From an uncultured Piscirickettsiaceae bacterium (GTDB lineage: Bacteria; Pseudomonadota; Gammaproteobacteria; Thiomicrospirales; Thiomicrospiraceae), in NCBI GenBank assembly GCA_964471975.1, contig CAYYIL010000006.1:13034-77033 (forward strand): DNA of 64,000 nucleotides. Direction: 5' to 3'. A program made the position numbers and the translations under genes. Positions 60,097-64,000 of this stretch are shown one piece after another; position 1 is the stretch's first letter; each line of letters starts with the position of its first letter. Under the pieces are notes generated by a model. It worked only from the letters and a program-made list of their open reading frames with translations, was not told the origin of the DNA and did no database searches.

Positions 60097-62550
60097 GTGA
60101 CCGAACCGACTCAATCACCGCTGCTGGACGACGCCACCGGCGAAACACCGCCGCCAGCCCCCTCTGAAAAACCGACCCAAAAGCCTGCGCGCAAGAAACG
60201 GCGCTGGCTGTGGCTGACCGCGCTCGTCCTGTTCGTTCTCCTTCCTGCTTCGCTGGTGGGCTGGTACGCCGTCACCATCTACCCCACCCTGCCGGACGCC
60301 TCGGAACTCAAGGATGTGCGCTATCAGGTCCCCCTGCGCATCCTGACCCGCGACGGCAAACTGATCAGTGAGATCGGTACCCAGAAACGCATCCCGCTCA
60401 GCTACGACCAGATTCCGCAGCGCATGACCCAGGCGATCATCGCCGCCGAAGACGAAAACTTCTTCTCCCACCCCGGCATCGACCCCAAGGGGCTGGCCCG
60501 TGCCGTCTATCAACTGATTACCACCGGGCACAAGAAGTCGGGCGGCTCCACCATTACCATGCAGGTGGCGCGCAACTTCTTCCTGTCGCGCAAGAAGACC
60601 TTTCTGCGCAAGCTCAACGAAATCGTGCTGGCGCTGAAAATCGAGCACCAGCTGTCCAAGCCGGAAATTCTCGCCCTCTATCTCAACAAGATTTTCCTCG
60701 GCCACCGCAGCTACGGTGTCGCCGCCGCCGCGCAGACCTATTACGGCAAGGACATTCACGATCTGACGCTGGACGAATACGCCATGCTGGCCGGCCTGCC
60801 CAAGGCGCCGTCCGCCTACAATCCCATCAACAATCCCACCCGCGCCAAGCTGCGGCGCAACTATGTGCTGCGGCGCATGCACGAACTGGGCTTTATCAGC
60901 GAAGCCGAAATGCGCGAGGCGATGGCAAAGCCGGTGCACGCCAAACTCTCCGGCGCACGCATCGAAGTGGAAGCCGGCTATGTGGCTGAAATGGCACGCG
61001 CCTGGGCGGAAGCACGTTATGGCCAGAAGGCACTGGAGATGGGCCTGACCATCATCACCAGTCTTGACAGCCACCTGCAGCAGGCGGCCAATGACGCAGT
61101 GCGCCGCGGCCTGCTCGACTACGAACGCCGCCACGGCTATCGCGGCCCTGCCGGTCATCTTGCCCCCGCCGAAATGGTGGATGATGAGGCCGTTCAAAAG
61201 GCACTGGATGCCATGCCGGCCCCCGGCCACCTCAAGCCGGCCGTGGTTGTCGAGGTCAACAAGAAAGCAGCGCGCGCCCGCCTGGCTGACGGCACCGAGG
61301 TGACGCTGCCTTTTGATCCTGCCCTCAACTGGGCCGCCCCCTTTATTGACGTCAATCACAAGGGGCGCCCGCCCGCCTCCCCCTTCGAAGTGGTCAAGGT
61401 GGGCGATCTGATCTACGTGGAGCACCGTGATGATCAGTGGCTGCTGGCGCAGCTCCCCAAAGTGCAGGGCGCGCTGGTGTCCATCGACACCCATGATGGC
61501 CGTGTGCTGGCGCTGGTAGGCGGCTTTGACTACTTTGCCAGCAAATTCAACCGCGCGGTGCAAGGCATGCGCCAGATCGGCTCCAATATCAAGCCGTTCC
61601 TCTATTCGGCTGCGCTGGACAAGGGCTACACCGCCGCCACCATCATCAACGATGCACCGGTGGTCTTCCACGACAAGGCGCTGGAAGACGTATGGCGCCC
61701 GGAAAACGACTCCGGCCGCTTCTATGGCCCGACACGCCTGCGCGTAGCGCTGACCCACAGCCGCAACCTCGTGTCGATCCGCATTCTGCAGGACATCGGC
61801 ATCAAGTACGCCATCGACTACATCAGCCGCTTCGGCTTTCCCAGGGAGGAACTGCTGCGCCACGCCGACCTGTCGCTGGCGCTGGGCACGCCCCAGTTCA
61901 GCCCATGGCAGGTGGTGCGCGGCTACAGCACCTTTGCCAATGGCGGCTACCTCATCGAGCCGTGGTTGATCCAGACGGTAAAGGACTTCAATGGCAAGCC
62001 CGACTATGAAGCCCAGCCCAAGACTGCCTGCTCGCCGGAAGCCCCCTGTCTCGCCGACGACCCGCTGGCGGCCCCACAGGTCATCTCGCCCCAGAACGCC
62101 TATATCATGACCACCATCATGCAGGACGTTATCCGCCATGGCACCGGCCGGCGCGCGCGGGTGCTCAAGCGCAACGACATTGCCGGCAAGACCGGCACCA
62201 CCAATGACCAGAAGGACGCCTGGTTCTCCGGCTTCAATCCCAAAATCGCCACCACCGTCTGGGTCGGCTATGACGAACCGGCCCCACTGGGTCGCCGTGA
62301 ATTCGGCAGCCGCGCTGCCCTGCCCATCTGGATCGACTACATGCGCGTCGCACTGGCCGACCTGCCCGAACTGCCGTTCCCCAAGCCCACGGGACTGGTG
62401 GAAGTGCCCATCGATCCCAAGACCGGCAAGGCGCTGCCCCCGGGCACGCCCGGCGCCAAGCTTGAAATCTTCCGTGAAGCCTTTGCGCCCAAGGTACCGG
62501 ACGCCAACCAGCAGGAGATGGAAAACTCCATTAACGAACTGTTCCAGTAA
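60097..62550 (+). CDS. mrcA: Penicillin-binding protein 1A (bifunctional glycosyltransferase/transpeptidase)
   Basis: GT51 motifs EDENFFSHPGID, GGSTITMQVARN and RKLNE. Transpeptidase motifs SNIKP, SRN and KTGTTND. GTG start, then an N-terminal TM. Confidence 0.93.
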   Translation: MTEPTQSPLLDDATGETPPPAPSEKPTQKPARKKRRWLWLTALVLFVLLPASLVGWYAVTIYPTLPDASELKDVRYQVPLRILTRDGKLISEIGTQKRIPLSYDQIPQRMTQAIIAAEDENFFSHPGIDPKGLARAVYQLITTGHKKSGGSTITMQVARNFFLSRKKTFLRKLNEIVLALKIEHQLSKPEILALYLNKIFLGHRSYGVAAAAQTYYGKDIHDLTLDEYAMLAGLPKAPSAYNPINNPTRAKLRRNYVLRRMHELGFISEAEMREAMAKPVHAKLSGARIEVEAGYVAEMARAWAEARYGQKALEMGLTIITSLDSHLQQAANDAVRRGLLDYERRHGYRGPAGHLAPAEMVDDEAVQKALDAMPAPGHLKPAVVVEVNKKAARARLADGTEVTLPFDPALNWAAPFIDVNHKGRPPASPFEVVKVGDLIYVEHRDDQWLLAQLPKVQGALVSIDTHDGRVLALVGGFDYFASKFNRAVQGMRQIGSNIKPFLYSAALDKGYTAATIINDAPVVFHDKALEDVWRPENDSGRFYGPTRLRVALTHSRNLVSIRILQDIGIKYAIDYISRFGFPREELLRHADLSLALGTPQFSPWQVVRGYSTFANGGYLIEPWLIQTVKDFNGKPDYEAQPKTACSPEAPCLADDPLAAPQVISPQNAYIMTTIMQDVIRHGTGRRARVLKRNDIAGKTGTTNDQKDAWFSGFNPKIATTVWVGYDEPAPLGRREFGSRAALPIWIDYMRVALADLPELPFPKPTGLVEVPIDPKTGKALPPGTPGAKLEIFREAFAPKVPDANQQEMENSINELFQ

Positions 62551-62718
62551 CCGCACCGTCACCGTTTTGGCGCTACAATCCTTCTGGAACGCTGCAAGGC
62601 AACCGCGCACGCCAGGCTCTGCGTGAGTTGCCCATGCACTGTCCACCGTACCTGCAATGCATTGGATCGGCACGGGAAGGGCGGTGTTGCAACGTCGTCA
62701 TCATCATGGGAGAAAACC

Positions 62719-63600
62719 ATGGACTGGAAGGCACTGCTCAAGGCCGTCGTCGAAGCAGGCGGCCCGACACTCACCCTGATTTCCGCACAACCGGTGGGTG
62801 GTGGCGACATCCACGACGCTTGGCGCCTGCACTGCGAGGAGGGTGACTACTTCCTCAAGACCAACCGACCCGCCAGCCTGCCCCTGTTCCGCTGCGAAGC
62901 CCACGCTCTGAAGGTAATTCACGCCACCCATACCATCCGCTGCCCCCGCCCCTTTGCCTACGGCGAAGGGGCCGGCCGCGCCTTTCTGCTGATGGAATAC
63001 CTCCCGCTGGGCACCCGCGGCAGCGAGCGGGACCGCGGTCGCGCCCTGGCGCACATGCACCACCACCTGAGCGAGGACGGGCGTTTCGGCTGGTTTGAAG
63101 ACAACTACATCGGTCATACGCTGCAACCCAACGGCTGGGATGCCGACTGGGTGAATTTCTACGGAGAGAAGCGCCTGCACCATCAGCTGAGGCTGGCCCA
63201 GGCCGCAGGCGGGGGTCCCCGACTTTTTGAAAAGGGCGAAAAACTGATCGACGCACTGCCTGCCTTTTTCAGCACCTATACGCCCAAACCGAGCCTGCTG
63301 CACGGCGATCTGTGGGGCGGCAACAGCGCCTTCACCGAGGATGGCGAACCGGTTATTTACGATCCGGCCAGCTATTACGGCGACCACGAAGCCGACATCG
63401 CCATGACAGAACTGTTCGGCGGCTTTGGCAGCGACTTCTATGCCGCCTACCGCGAAGTCTTCCCGCTGGATGACGGCTATCGCGTGCGCCGCGACCTCTA
63501 CAACCTCTATCACCTGCTCAATCACTTCAACCTGTTCGGTGGGGGCTACGCCCGCAGTGCCGAACGCACCATAGACACTCTGCTCGCGGAGGTGCTATGA
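62719..63600 (+). CDS. Fructosamine/ketosamine-3-kinase family protein
   Basis: ATG at 62719. FLKTN, PSLLHGDLWGGN and the C-terminal YNLYHLLNHFNLFGGGY are typical of the family. Confidence 0.85.
   Translation: MDWKALLKAVVEAGGPTLTLISAQPVGGGDIHDAWRLHCEEGDYFLKTNRPASLPLFRCEAHALKVIHATHTIRCPRPFAYGEGAGRAFLLMEYLPLGTRGSERDRGRALAHMHHHLSEDGRFGWFEDNYIGHTLQPNGWDADWVNFYGEKRLHHQLRLAQAAGGGPRLFEKGEKLIDALPAFFSTYTPKPSLLHGDLWGGNSAFTEDGEPVIYDPASYYGDHEADIAMTELFGGFGSDFYAAYREVFPLDDGYRVRRDLYNLYHLLNHFNLFGGGYARSAERTIDTLLAEVL
63211..63228 (+). repeat. Copy of recurrent word GGGGGTCCCCGACTTTTT inside the fructosamine-kinase gene
   Basis: Read directly. Translated on the + strand as G-G-P-R-L-F in a variable loop. Confidence 0.9.
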
Positions 63601-64000
63601 ACACCTATGCGCTGGCCATCACCGGCTCCGGCGGCGCAGGCGTAGTCACGGCGGGCACCCTGTTGCTCAACGCCGCCGCCCGCGCCGGCTATTACGGCTG
63701 GATGCTCAAGTCCTTCGGTCCGCAGATTCGCGGCGGCGAGTCCTCGGTCATGCTCTATCTGAGCGATGCGCCCATCGAACGGGTGCTGGACCGTTTTGAT
63801 CTGCTGCTGGGGCTGGACTGGAAGGGGTTCGAGCGTTTTGCCGACGAGGTCCCGCTCCACGAGGACGCTGTCGTGTGGCATGACAGCCACAGCTACCCGC
63901 CCGACCTGCTGCAGGGATGCAACCAACGTGCCCTGCCGCTTAACGACACCGCCAAGACCTTTGACAAGGGCCGTCTCAATATGGTCGCCACTGGCGCCCT
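63597..64000 (+). CDS. 2-oxoacid:ferredoxin oxidoreductase subunit (KorA/gamma-alpha type), N-terminal part; 3' end outside window
   Basis: My own translation from the ATG at 63597 (ATGA overlap with the previous stop) reads MNTYALAITGSGGAGVVTAGTLLLNAAARAGYYGWMLKSFGPQIRGGES. This is the typical OFOR gamma-domain signature. The frame stays open to the window end. Confidence 0.7.
   Translation, partial: MNTYALAITGSGGAGVVTAGTLLLNAAARAGYYGWMLKSFGPQIRGGESSVMLYLSDAPIERVLDRFDLLLGLDWKGFERFADEVPLHEDAVVWHDSHSYPPDLLQGCNQRALPLNDTAKTFDKGRLNMVATGA

Overview
This is a GC-rich (about 60% or more by eye) chromosomal segment around dnaA-dnaN-recF-gyrB (minus strand, 13.2-19.2 kb). The gene content fits a Calvin-cycle, sulfur-oxidising proteobacterium of gammaproteobacterial type. 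It includes phosphoribulokinase, a SoxCD-type sulfite/sulfane dehydrogenase, an FccB-like sulfide dehydrogenase flavoprotein, a periplasmic rhodanese and a TauE/SafE exporter. I cannot name the species. Most of the rest is housekeeping: ntrYX, trkAH, priA, birA, hemB, aroE, tRNA-Leu(CAG), cbpA/hsp20, uvrD, trxA, rho, L31 type B, hemE, mutY/yggX, thiSG, trmB, hemW/rdgB/rph, yicC and PBP1A. Six of roughly 60 CDS are c-di-GMP signalling genes. I found no transposase, integrase, phage gene, CRISPR array or recognisable defence island, so I cannot point to a clear novel multi-gene system. The strongest unexplained signal is sequence-level. An exact 18-nt word, GGGGGTCCCCGACTTTTT, occurs five times on the + strand, and one 17/18 copy lies inverted. 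The copies fall both inside conserved genes and in spacers. The secondary candidates are: (1) an FccB-like flavoprotein paired with a Tat-exported Rieske-type protein instead of a cytochrome c; (2) a 21-31% GC island with an 8-bp x4 tandem repeat upstream of that operon; (3) a secreted Pro/Gly/Tyr-rich structural-type protein; (4) a periplasmic rhodanese translationally coupled to a GGDEF-EAL sensor; (5) a fetA/fetB pair split by about 5.5 kb that includes an OlsF-like bifunctional acyltransferase. Many long ORFs in the track are antisense shadows typical of high-GC DNA and were not called.
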